Shown: in pieces, positions 7,957 through 16,397 of the stretch
How positions within the stretch are numbered: position 1 is the first letter of the stretch
Layout of the letters: every line of letters begins with the position of its first letter
Source: a virus
Lineage: Duplodnaviria; Caudoviricetes
Virus record (IMG/VR): IMGVR_UViG_3300042252_000041
Span: 1 to 24,852 of that record
Length of the DNA: 24,852 nucleotides
Reading direction: 5' to 3' (one strand)
Program-made: the position numbers and the translations under genes
The notes under the pieces: generated by a model
Database searches by the model: none
What the model was told of the DNA's origin: nothing
What the model saw: only the letters and a program-made list of their open reading frames with translations

Positions 7957-10900
7957 TCTTGCGAACTGGCTGCAGCAGGGCGACCCGGGCGCGCCGGCGG
8001 ACCTGACGCCCTCGGAGCCGGTCGACAGCCCCCTTGGGCAGTGGCTCCAGCGCAGCCAGTCCAGCGACGTCGAGCGCGCCCGCTGGCAGGCGCTGATGAA
8101 CCTCCAGGGCCAGGCTCACCGCAAGCCCGACGACATGGCCGAGGCGAGCCTCCTGTCGGGCGCGATCGGCGTGCCGCCGAAGATCATCGAGAAGGACCTC
8201 GACGCGGCCCGGGCGAAGGCGCGCAACGACCAGATCCGCAAGCTGGTCGACGAGGGCTTGGCCACGCCGCGGTTCCTGGCCGACCCCGACAACGCCGCGG
8301 CCGCCCAGGACGAGGTCGAGAACCTCGTCTTCCACGAGCGCGCGTGGAAGAGCCTGCGCGGCGCCATGGCCGAGCTTCCCGAGGCCTTCGAGCGCGGCCG
8401 CAAGACGACCGAGATGGGCGTCATCGGCAACCGCATGGCCACGACGGGGCTCTCGGAGGCCGAGCGGCAGCGCCTCGACCAGCTGCGCGAGTCGCTGGCG
8501 GCCGTGCCGGAGGGCGAGGGGTTCCTGACGGCGGCGGCCGAGCTCGCCGGCAATATGTACGACAACCTGCTCTCGGCGCTGCAGGTGGGCGTGGGCGCCG
8601 GCACGACGGCCGCGACCGGCGCGGCGATCGCCGGCCAGGCCGGGCCGCAGATCGCGACGCCCGAGGAGCTCATCACCGTTCCCGGGGCCTTCGTCACCGG
8701 GCTGACTGCCGGCACCGCCGCCGAGCTCGCGCGGCGCTCCTTCATCGTCGAGCAGGGCCACAGCTACGTAGAGATGTACTACGCCGCCAAGGAAGCGGGC
8801 GTGGAGTTCGACCCGCAGACGGCGGCGATGCTGTCGGCCGGCGTCGGCCTGGCCAATGCCGGCCTCGAGATGGTCGGCGTTGCCACGGTCGCGCGGCCCT
8901 TCAAGCAGGCGCTCAACCGCGCCTTCAGCCGGGACGTGCTCGCCCAGGCGCTGAAGCGCCAGACCCGCGCCGGTGCCGCGCGCGCCTTCGCCGGCAACTA
9001 CGCCCTCGGCGTCGGCGGCGAGACGGCGACGGAGATGCTGCAGGAGATCGCGCCGGCCGTCGCACAGTCGCTCTACGACTACTACCAGAGCGGCGACTGG
9101 CAGGGCCTCGACACCGACCAGCTGGCCCAGAACATGGCCGAGATCGGGCTGAAGACGGCGCAGGGCATGGCCGTGCTTGCCGTGCCGGGCCCGACGACTC
9201 GGCTGGTGGGCGACCTCAGCCGGGCCAGCCAGTCGCGGCTGCAGGAAGAGGCGATGCGCCAGCTGCAGCAGGGGGCGGTCGACAGCAAGCTGCTGCAGCG
9301 GCTCCCGGATCGCTACCGCGCCTTCGTCAAGGCGATGGGCGAGGAGGGCGGCATCGACGCGGTGTCGATCGAGGCCGAGGCCTTCGAGTCCTATTGGCAG
9401 AGCCAGGTGCCCAACGAGGCCGAGCGGCTGGCGATCTACGACGCCCTCGGCGTGCGCGGCCAGGTCGAGGCGGCGCGCCAGACGGGCGAGGACGTCCAGA
9501 TCCCGATCGAGCTCTGGCAAAGCCGGATCGCGCCGACCGACCACTTCGAGGCGCTTCTGCAGGATGCGCGCCTGCGCCCCGGCGCCTTCACGCCGCGCGA
9601 GGCCCGCGAGTGGGTCGCGAACGGCCAGGACACCGCCTTGCGCACGGCCATCGCCCAGGCCCAAGCGGACGTCGACGCGGGCGTGACGGAGATCGAGGCC
9701 TCGGCGCCGGGCAGGGTCTTCGCCGGCGTCGAGCGCTCCCTGACGGCCACCGGCATGGATCCCGAGGCCGCGCGGAAGAGCGCCACGATCCATCTCGGCT
9801 TCGCGCGCGTGCTCGAGCAGGAGTACGGCATCGACCCCGAGGCCTTCCACGCGCAGGAGATGGGGCTGCGGGTCGTCAGCGGCACTCCGGCGGCGCCGAC
9901 CGCGACCCGCGTGGCCAAGCCTGCGTCGCAGCGCGGCCCGCTCGACGCCGCCCGGTTCCTCGCCGGCCGGGGCGGGATCCGCGACGACCAGGGCCACGAC
10001 CTTCGCCGCGGCCGAAACCTGCAGAAGCTGACGCCCGAGGGGCCGCTGATCCGTCAGACCGGACTGTCGATCGACGAGGCGGGCGAGGCGCTGTGGGAGG
10101 CGGGCTTCTTCGGCCCGCTGGAGACGACGCTGCGGCCCGACGAGTCGCAGGTGCTCGAGCTGCTGGAGCGCACGGCCGAGGGCCGGGTGTTCACGCCGGA
10201 AGAGGCGGACGCGGCTGCGGCCGACCTCGCTGCCGCATCGAACGCCGATCAGGAGGCGACCCTGCGCGAGGGCATCGCCGCGACGGCGCGCGACATGGGC
10301 TTCGAGTTCGCCGAGGCGGACGTCGACGCGGCACTGCGCGCCATGGCCGAAGATGGCCTGGAGATCGACGATGCGGTAGACTTGCAGATCGAGCGCTTGG
10401 CCATGCAGACGCTCGACGACCTCGAAAGCGAGACCGGCGACAATGCCTACGACATCCCGTTTGACGACCCAGCTGAATCGGCCGAAGGCGATCGAGCTGC
10501 TGGAGCGCGGCGCGACGGACGAGAGGGCCAGCCCGGAGACGCGGGCGAAGGCGAAGCTGGCGGCCGACCTGCTGAAGGCCTCGGAGGCGCGGAGGGGCCA
10601 GACGGCCTAACCTTCGAGCAGGCGCCGGCGCGGCCGCGCTCTCACGAGGCGCGCAGGCAGGGCATCCCGCCGGCGGCCGACCCGCCACTTCAGTCGTTCC
10701 GGAACACGACTCCGCTGAAGGCGCACCCCGACTACGCCGCGGCCAAGGCCGGCGACCGCGCTGCTGCGGTGCGGCTGGTCACCGACCTGGTGCCGCAGAA
10801 GACGCTCGACGAGGCGGCCGAGCGGTTCGGGCCCGGCGCGATCTTCGCTGCGGCGCACGCCGAGGAGGCGAGCGGAAGAAACGCCATCCCCACCACGCTG

Positions 10901-13900
10901 GCCGACCTTCTCGCGGCCGCGACGGACGGCCGGGCCGACGACGGGATCGTGCAGGCCAACCGGGCATTCCATACCGGCGCCAAGGCGATGGAGCGCATGA
11001 TGGCCCGGCCGCTGTTCGACGGGCCGGTCGAGCCTGGTGGGCGCTATGTGCTGGTCGATGACGTCACCACGATGGGCGGCACGCTCGCCGAGATGGCGAA
11101 CCACATCATCGACGGCGGCGGCCAGGTGGTGGGCGTCGTCACCCTTGCCAACGCCAGCCGAACGCCTACATTGGGAGCTTCGGCGCAGCGCGTGCGCGAG
11201 ATCGAGCGGAGGTACGGCGATGCAGTCCGAGAAGTCTTCGGCACCGAACCTGCCGCGCTCACAGCAGCCGAAGCCCAATACGTCCTCGGCTTCCGAGATG
11301 CTGACTCCCTCCGAGCTCGAGCAGCTAAGGCGCGACAAGAGAGAGACGAGCGCCTACGCGCGCGAGGCGTTCTCCCATCTGCGCCGGAAGAAGGCCAGCT
11401 AGGCGAGGGCGACCCGCCGACCTTCTTTCAGCCGGCCTGGCACGGCAGCCCGCACATATTCGACCGGTTCAGCCTGGACGCCATCGGCACTGGCGAGGGT
11501 GCGCAGGTCTACGGCTGGGGGCTCTATTTCGCAGGCAAGCGCGAGGTCGCCGAGTTTTATCGGGACGCTCTTGCGCGCGGGCCGGCTTGGCGGACGGCGG
11601 CTGGCGAGGAACTCGACCTTTACGACTTGGCCAGGGAAGCCGAGGCCGGCAGCCCGGAGGCTTTGGCCGCTTCCTTCCTGAAGCAGCGCACCTCAGTCGA
11701 CAACGCCCTATGGACGGCCCGCCATAGCCATCCAGACGAGTTCATCGGCGGCGAGCAGGAGAAGCAGGCGACGATTGCGGGCCTTGAGGAGTTCAAGCGA
11801 CGCGGCTTGAAAAAGGGCAGGCAGTCGCGGCTCTACAAGGTCGAGATCCCTGAGGACGACACCTTCCTGCTCTGGGATAGGCCGTTTCGCGAGCAGCCGG
11901 AGAAGGTGAGGGCCGCGCTGGAGCGTCTTGACGTCGACCTTTTCAGGCGATGGCAAGAGAACGGGGCTTGGCCGCATATCGCCGGGCGGGACCTCTATTC
12001 TGCGGCAGCCGGCCCGCGGGGCATGGAGATGCGGAACGCGGAAGGTCAGAAAGCCGCGTCTCTCGCGTTGCGTGATGCCGGCATCAACGGGATCAAGTAC
12101 CTCGATCAGGGCAGCCGCGCCACCGGCGATGGCACCTACAACTACGTCATCTTCGACGACAAGCTGGTTGAGATCGTCGAATTCGAGCAGCGGCGCGGCG
12201 CCGGCGGACCCCGCGGCTCCGTCTCCTTCGGTCAGGATCAGACGATCATCCGGCTGCTGCCGGGCGCCGACCTTTCGACCTTCCTGCACGAGTCCGGCCA
12301 CTTCTTCCTCGAGGCGCTCAAGCGCGTCGCCGAGCGGCCGACCGCCTCGCAGCGGGCCGTAGACGACTACCGGGCCATCGGCGCCTGGTATCGCGACCGG
12401 GCGGGCGCCGTCGCCACCGAGGCGGCGCGCAGCGGGCCCTACCGCGTCGTGCCGCAGGCCGGGGGCTTCGAGGTGCGCTACGGCGCCCGGGTCGGGGGCA
12501 CCTACCAGAAGAAGGCCGAGGCCGACGCCGCGGCGAAGGCAGCAAACGAGAACGTGGCCGGCCGCCTCGATGCCATGGGCGAGGCCGGGGTGATCGAGTT
12601 CCTCGACACCGGCACCACCGGGCAGCCCGACGCCGACATGGCGATCTCGACCGCGCTGCACGAGCAGTTCGCCCGCGGCTTCGAGGCCTACCTGATGGAA
12701 GGCCGGGCGCCGAGCCCCGACATGCGCTCCGTCTTCCAGGCCTTCCGCGCCTGGCTGGTGCAGATCTACCGGAACCTGCGCGGGCTCGACGTCGAGATCG
12801 ACGACCGCATGCGCCGCGTCTTCGACCGGCTGCTGGCCACCGACGAGCAGATCGCGCTCGCCGAGCAGCAGAACATCTACGCGCCGCTGCTCGACAGCGC
12901 CGAGGCGGCCGGCCTGTCGCGCGAGGACTTCGAGCAGTACCTGCGCGCGGCCGAGGCGGCGACGCGCGTCGCCGAGGACGAGCTCCTCAACGACGCCATG
13001 CGCGAGGTCGCGCGCGAGCGCACCGAGGAGTGGCGCGCGGCCCGCGACGAGATCACGGAGCAGGTCACCGAGGAGATCGACCGGAATCCTGCCTACCGGG
13101 CGCTGCGCTACCTGACCGAGGGGCGGCTGCCTGACGGCCGGGTAGAGCCGGAGCACCGGCGCCTCGACAAGGCCCAGCTGGTCGCCGAGTACGGCGAGGA
13201 GATCCTGCAGGAGCTCGGCCGCGGCTTCGGCCGGGCTTACCAGATCAGCGGCGGCATGCGCCTCGAGGAGGGCGCCGAGCTGCTCGGCTACCGGAGCGGC
13301 GACGCGCTGGTCGAGGCCCTGCGCGGGCTGCCGCCGCGGCGCCAGGCGATCGCCGACAAGGTGCGCGCCCGGCTCTCGGAGCGGTTCGGCGACATGATGA
13401 AGGACGGCTCGATCGTCCAGGCCGCGCAGGATGCCGTGCACAGCGACGCCCGCGGCCGATTCCTCGAGGTCGAGCTCCGCGCGATCAGCAAGCGCGGCGC
13501 GCCCGACATGGCGACGCCGGCCGAGGCCGCGCGCGCCTTCGCCGCCAGGACCATCGCCGAGCGCGAGGTCGGGAAGATCCAGCCCGACGCCATCCTGATG
13601 GCCGAGCGCAAGGCCGGTATGAAGGCCGAGCGCGCGCTGGCGGCCGGCATGTACGAGGAGGCGGCGCGCCAGAAGCGCGCGCAGCTGATCAACCACTACC
13701 TCTACATGGAAGCCCGCGACGCGGCCCGCGAAGTCGGCCAGGGCCGCGCCTACCTGCGCCGGGTCGCCAGCCGGAAGGGCGTGCGGGAGGCGATCGCCGG
13801 CGAGTACCTGGCGCAGATCGACGACCTGCTCGCCCGCTACGACTTGGCGGTCAGCACCACCGGCAAGGAGATTCGGGCCCGCCAGGATCTGCGCGCCTTC

Positions 13901-16174
13901 ATCGCCGAGAAGGAAGCCGCCGGCGAGGCCATCGTCGTCGACCCCAAGCTGGTCGAGGATGCCCGGCGCCGGAGCTACAAGGAGCTCTCGCTCGAGGAGT
14001 TCCGAGGCCTGCGCGACGCCGTGCGGAACCTGCAGCACATCGGCCGCAAGGAGCAGGAACTCCGGCTCGAGGAGGAGCGGCGGCAGCTGCAGGAGATCGC
14101 CGACGACCTCGTGATGCAGATCGGCCAGACGCACCGCGAGGTGCCGACCGGCCGTGTCTCCCGGGCCAGCGACCTGGCGCGGCGCACCCGCGGCCAAGTG
14201 GCCGGCGCGCTGCTCAACGCCGACACCATCCTGCGCGAGATGGACGGCTGGGAAGATCAGGGGCCGGTCTACCGGAACATCAAGGGCGTGATCGACAAGG
14301 CCTATTCCGAGCGGCTGGTGCCGCTGCAGGAGCGCATGGCCGACCAGCTGACCGCGCTCTTCGGCCGATTCAGCCGTGCCGAGGCGAAGAAGATGGCCAA
14401 GGCGCGCGCCCGCGACTGGCTCGACGGCGAGGAGCTCTCCCGCTGGGAGTTAATCGCCATCGCGCTCAACGCCGGCAACGACGGCAACCGGGAGGCGCTG
14501 GTCGAGTCCGGCAAGTTCACCGCCGAGCAGGTCGACCAGACGCTCGCCGAGCTCACCGCGCGCGAGCTCGAGTTCGTGCAGGCGACCTGGGACCTGGTCG
14601 AAGGCTACTGGCCGGAGATCGCCGCGCTCGAGGAGCGCCGCACCGGGGTCGCGCCGCCGAAGGTCGAGGCCACGCCGATCGAGGTGACCAGCAGCGACGG
14701 CCAGGTCGTCCAGATGCGCGGCGGCTACTACCCGCTGAAGTACGACGCGCAGCTGTCGGCCAAGGTCGACGAGGAGACGGTCGACGAGTTCATGCAGGGC
14801 ATCCGGGCCGGCCGGTTCGCCCGGGCGCAGACGCGGCACGGCCACACCATCGAGCGTGTCGGATCCGGCGGCCGGCCGGTGCGGCTCAATATGAGCGTGC
14901 TCACTCAGCACCTGCATCAGGTGGCCTACGACCTCGCCCTCGGCGAGGCGGTGACCTGGGCCGACAAGGTGCTGAAGCACAAGGACGTGAAGGAGGCCTT
15001 TCAGACGGTCGGTAAGCGCGAGGCCTGGAACATGCTCGACATCTGGCTGAAGGACGTCGCCACCGGCGAGGTGATCGCCGGCGACGTCGTCAGCCGGTCG
15101 CTGCGCTGGGTGCGCGTGGGCTTCACGATCAGCCGAATCGGCTGGAACCTCGGCACCGCCGTCATCCAGCCGACCGGCTTCCTGCAGACCTCGGTGCAGA
15201 TCGGCAAGCGCAATGCGCTCTACGGCCTGATGCAGCTGGCCAACGTCAGCCGCTGGTCGGGCCCGAACAGCATCTTCCGGCAGGTCTACGACCAGTCGGC
15301 CTTCATGCGCGAGCGCGGGACGACCTTCAACAAGGACATCTACGACACGATCCGGCAGATCGACCGCGTCGCCCTTGGCGGCCGCAACATCGTCGAGCGC
15401 CTGGCGGCGCCGGCCTGGGCGGTCAAGGGCGGCTTCTTCCTGATGGCCAAGACGCAGCAGATCGTCGACGTGGCGACCTGGCTGGGCGCCTACCGGCAGG
15501 GCAAGGCGAAGTTCGGGGCCGACGACCGGAAGGCCCTCGACCACGCCGACCGCATGGTGGCCCGCTCCCAGGCCTCCGGCCTGTTCTCCGACCGCACGGC
15601 GATCGAGCGCGGCACGCTCTCGACAAACCACCGCCAGGTCGAGGTGGTGCGCATGTTTACGGCCCTGGCGTCGTACATGATCGCCAAGAACAACGTCGCC
15701 TATGAGCGGATCAAGCGCACCAACCCGCGGAGCCCGGCGCAGGTGGCCGGGCTCACCATCGACCTGATGCTGCTCTACACGGTCGAGGCGCTGATCATCG
15801 GCCTGATCCGGGGCTACTTCCCCGACGAGGACGATGACGAGGGCGCCGCCGAGTGGCTCGCGAGGGAGTCGCTCTTCGCGATGATGGGCGGGATCCCGCT
15901 GGTGCGCGAGTTCGCGGCCGAGAGCCAGGGCTTCCGCGGCGGCGGCGCCTTCGCCTCCGCGCTCGACCTCTACGGCCGGGCGGCGGCGCAGGTCGATCAG
16001 GGAGAGTTTGACAAGGCGTTCTTCAAGGCCAATATCGACTTCGCGGGCGTGCTCCTTCACTACCCGTCGAGCCAGATCAATCGGACTTTCGATGCCTTCT
16101 GGCGCGACGTTGTGGAAAAGGATGACGTGGCGCTGATCGAATACTTGATGAAGGTAGACACGGAAGATGACTAG
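7949..16174 (+). CDS. Giant polyvalent internal virion/ejection protein, 2741 aa, with PRTase-like, ADP-ribosyltransferase-fold-like and zincin (HExxH) modules
   Basis: Uninterrupted ORF at the gp16-like position; VLVDDVTTMGGT PRPP loop (11048); WHGSPH.F..F...G.G....GWGLYF (11438); FLHESGHF (12281) plus HEQFARGFEAY (12659); hydrophobic helices near both ends. Confidence 0.88.
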   Translation: MSDLANWLQQGDPGAPADLTPSEPVDSPLGQWLQRSQSSDVERARWQALMNLQGQAHRKPDDMAEASLLSGAIGVPPKIIEKDLDAARAKARNDQIRKLVDEGLATPRFLADPDNAAAAQDEVENLVFHERAWKSLRGAMAELPEAFERGRKTTEMGVIGNRMATTGLSEAERQRLDQLRESLAAVPEGEGFLTAAAELAGNMYDNLLSALQVGVGAGTTAATGAAIAGQAGPQIATPEELITVPGAFVTGLTAGTAAELARRSFIVEQGHSYVEMYYAAKEAGVEFDPQTAAMLSAGVGLANAGLEMVGVATVARPFKQALNRAFSRDVLAQALKRQTRAGAARAFAGNYALGVGGETATEMLQEIAPAVAQSLYDYYQSGDWQGLDTDQLAQNMAEIGLKTAQGMAVLAVPGPTTRLVGDLSRASQSRLQEEAMRQLQQGAVDSKLLQRLPDRYRAFVKAMGEEGGIDAVSIEAEAFESYWQSQVPNEAERLAIYDALGVRGQVEAARQTGEDVQIPIELWQSRIAPTDHFEALLQDARLRPGAFTPREAREWVANGQDTALRTAIAQAQADVDAGVTEIEASAPGRVFAGVERSLTATGMDPEAARKSATIHLGFARVLEQEYGIDPEAFHAQEMGLRVVSGTPAAPTATRVAKPASQRGPLDAARFLAGRGGIRDDQGHDLRRGRNLQKLTPEGPLIRQTGLSIDEAGEALWEAGFFGPLETTLRPDESQVLELLERTAEGRVFTPEEADAAAADLAAASNADQEATLREGIAATARDMGFEFAEADVDAALRAMAEDGLEIDDAVDLQIERLAMQTLDDLESETGDNAYDIPFDDPAESAEGDRAAGARRDGREGQPGDAGEGEAGGRPAEGLGGAEGPDGLTFEQAPARPRSHEARRQGIPPAADPPLQSFRNTTPLKAHPDYAAAKAGDRAAAVRLVTDLVPQKTLDEAAERFGPGAIFAAAHAEEASGRNAIPTTLADLLAAATDGRADDGIVQANRAFHTGAKAMERMMARPLFDGPVEPGGRYVLVDDVTTMGGTLAEMANHIIDGGGQVVGVVTLANASRTPTLGASAQRVREIERRYGDAVREVFGTEPAALTAAEAQYVLGFRDADSLRARAAKARQERDERLRARGVLPSAPEEGQLGEGDPPTFFQPAWHGSPHIFDRFSLDAIGTGEGAQVYGWGLYFAGKREVAEFYRDALARGPAWRTAAGEELDLYDLAREAEAGSPEALAASFLKQRTSVDNALWTARHSHPDEFIGGEQEKQATIAGLEEFKRRGLKKGRQSRLYKVEIPEDDTFLLWDRPFREQPEKVRAALERLDVDLFRRWQENGAWPHIAGRDLYSAAAGPRGMEMRNAEGQKAASLALRDAGINGIKYLDQGSRATGDGTYNYVIFDDKLVEIVEFEQRRGAGGPRGSVSFGQDQTIIRLLPGADLSTFLHESGHFFLEALKRVAERPTASQRAVDDYRAIGAWYRDRAGAVATEAARSGPYRVVPQAGGFEVRYGARVGGTYQKKAEADAAAKAANENVAGRLDAMGEAGVIEFLDTGTTGQPDADMAISTALHEQFARGFEAYLMEGRAPSPDMRSVFQAFRAWLVQIYRNLRGLDVEIDDRMRRVFDRLLATDEQIALAEQQNIYAPLLDSAEAAGLSREDFEQYLRAAEAATRVAEDELLNDAMREVARERTEEWRAARDEITEQVTEEIDRNPAYRALRYLTEGRLPDGRVEPEHRRLDKAQLVAEYGEEILQELGRGFGRAYQISGGMRLEEGAELLGYRSGDALVEALRGLPPRRQAIADKVRARLSERFGDMMKDGSIVQAAQDAVHSDARGRFLEVELRAISKRGAPDMATPAEAARAFAARTIAEREVGKIQPDAILMAERKAGMKAERALAAGMYEEAARQKRAQLINHYLYMEARDAAREVGQGRAYLRRVASRKGVREAIAGEYLAQIDDLLARYDLAVSTTGKEIRARQDLRAFIAEKEAAGEAIVVDPKLVEDARRRSYKELSLEEFRGLRDAVRNLQHIGRKEQELRLEEERRQLQEIADDLVMQIGQTHREVPTGRVSRASDLARRTRGQVAGALLNADTILREMDGWEDQGPVYRNIKGVIDKAYSERLVPLQERMADQLTALFGRFSRAEAKKMAKARARDWLDGEELSRWELIAIALNAGNDGNREALVESGKFTAEQVDQTLAELTARELEFVQATWDLVEGYWPEIAALEERRTGVAPPKVEATPIEVTSSDGQVVQMRGGYYPLKYDAQLSAKVDEETVDEFMQGIRAGRFARAQTRHGHTIERVGSGGRPVRLNMSVLTQHLHQVAYDLALGEAVTWADKVLKHKDVKEAFQTVGKREAWNMLDIWLKDVATGEVIAGDVVSRSLRWVRVGFTISRIGWNLGTAVIQPTGFLQTSVQIGKRNALYGLMQLANVSRWSGPNSIFRQVYDQSAFMRERGTTFNKDIYDTIRQIDRVALGGRNIVERLAAPAWAVKGGFFLMAKTQQIVDVATWLGAYRQGKAKFGADDRKALDHADRMVARSQASGLFSDRTAIERGTLSTNHRQVEVVRMFTALASYMIAKNNVAYERIKRTNPRSPAQVAGLTIDLMLLYTVEALIIGLIRGYFPDEDDDEGAAEWLARESLFAMMGGIPLVREFAAESQGFRGGGAFASALDLYGRAAAQVDQGEFDKAFFKANIDFAGVLLHYPSSQINRTFDAFWRDVVEKDDVALIEYLMKVDTEDD
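10443..10610 (+). CDS. Candidate nested +1-frame small protein, 55 aa (MPTTSRLTTQLNRPKAIELLERG...KLAADLLKASEARRGQTA)
   Basis: ATG 10443 to TAA 10610; the +1 frame uses host-like G/C-ending codons while the main frame turns low-complexity with A/T-ending codons; RBS weak; alternative TTG start at 10461. Confidence 0.55.
   Translation: MPTTSRLTTQLNRPKAIELLERGATDERASPETRAKAKLAADLLKASEARRGQTA
11145..11172 (+). promoter_or_regulatory. Candidate intragenic sigma-70 promoter for the nested gene at 11220
   Basis: TTGCCA-N16-TACATT, built from codons atypical for this gene (CTT, CCT ACA TTG). Confidence 0.5.
11220..11402 (+). CDS. Candidate nested +1-frame small protein, 60 aa (MQSEK...MLTPSELEQLRRDKRETSAYAREAFSHLRRKKAS)
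   Basis: GGAGGT SD at 11208-11213, 6 nt before ATG; upstream promoter-like element; codon bias shifts to the +1 frame; amphipathic helical C-terminal half. Confidence 0.68.
   Translation: MQSEKSSAPNLPRSQQPKPNTSSASEMLTPSELEQLRRDKRETSAYAREAFSHLRRKKAS
16008..16035 (+). promoter_or_regulatory. Candidate intragenic sigma-70 promoter near the giant gene's 3' end
   Basis: Consensus TTGACA (16008-16013), N16, CAATAT, in a locally AT-enriched stretch. Confidence 0.4.
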
Positions 16175-16175
16175 G

Positions 16176-16322
16176 GTGCCGCGGGTCAAGCGTGACCCCT
16201 GGCATAACCTGAAGGTCGAAATTGATTACTGGAGCCCGATACTGTTCAAGGGCGTCTGGTTTCTCGGCCTCGGGTTGATCGCCCTGCTCTTCGTTCTGGT
16301 CGGGACCGGCCACTTCGGCTGA
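16176..16322 (+). CDS. Small single-pass membrane protein, 48 aa (MPRVKRDPWHNLKVEIDYWSPILFKGVWFLGLGLIALLFVLVGTGHFG)
   Basis: Translated by hand (below the ORF-track cutoff); GTG 1 nt after the giant gene's stop; clear hydrophobic helix; fills the intergenic gap. Confidence 0.62.
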   Translation: MPRVKRDPWHNLKVEIDYWSPILFKGVWFLGLGLIALLFVLVGTGHFG

Positions 16323-16397
16323 TTCGACTGGACGAGATCGGGTGTAGCGACGCGCCCTCACCATGGGCAAAATGACCTTGCCATAGGCGAGGGGCCC

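Noticed and set aside
11499-12362. +1-frame ORFs 11499-11681 and 11928-12362 within the ART-like module as further nested genes
   Set aside because: No good SD, and the translations look like shadows; the odd codon usage here fits a foreign origin better
6133-16174. Lytic transglycosylase domain expected in ejection proteins
   Set aside because: No SLT or lysozyme motif recognised by eye; cannot be excluded without a profile search
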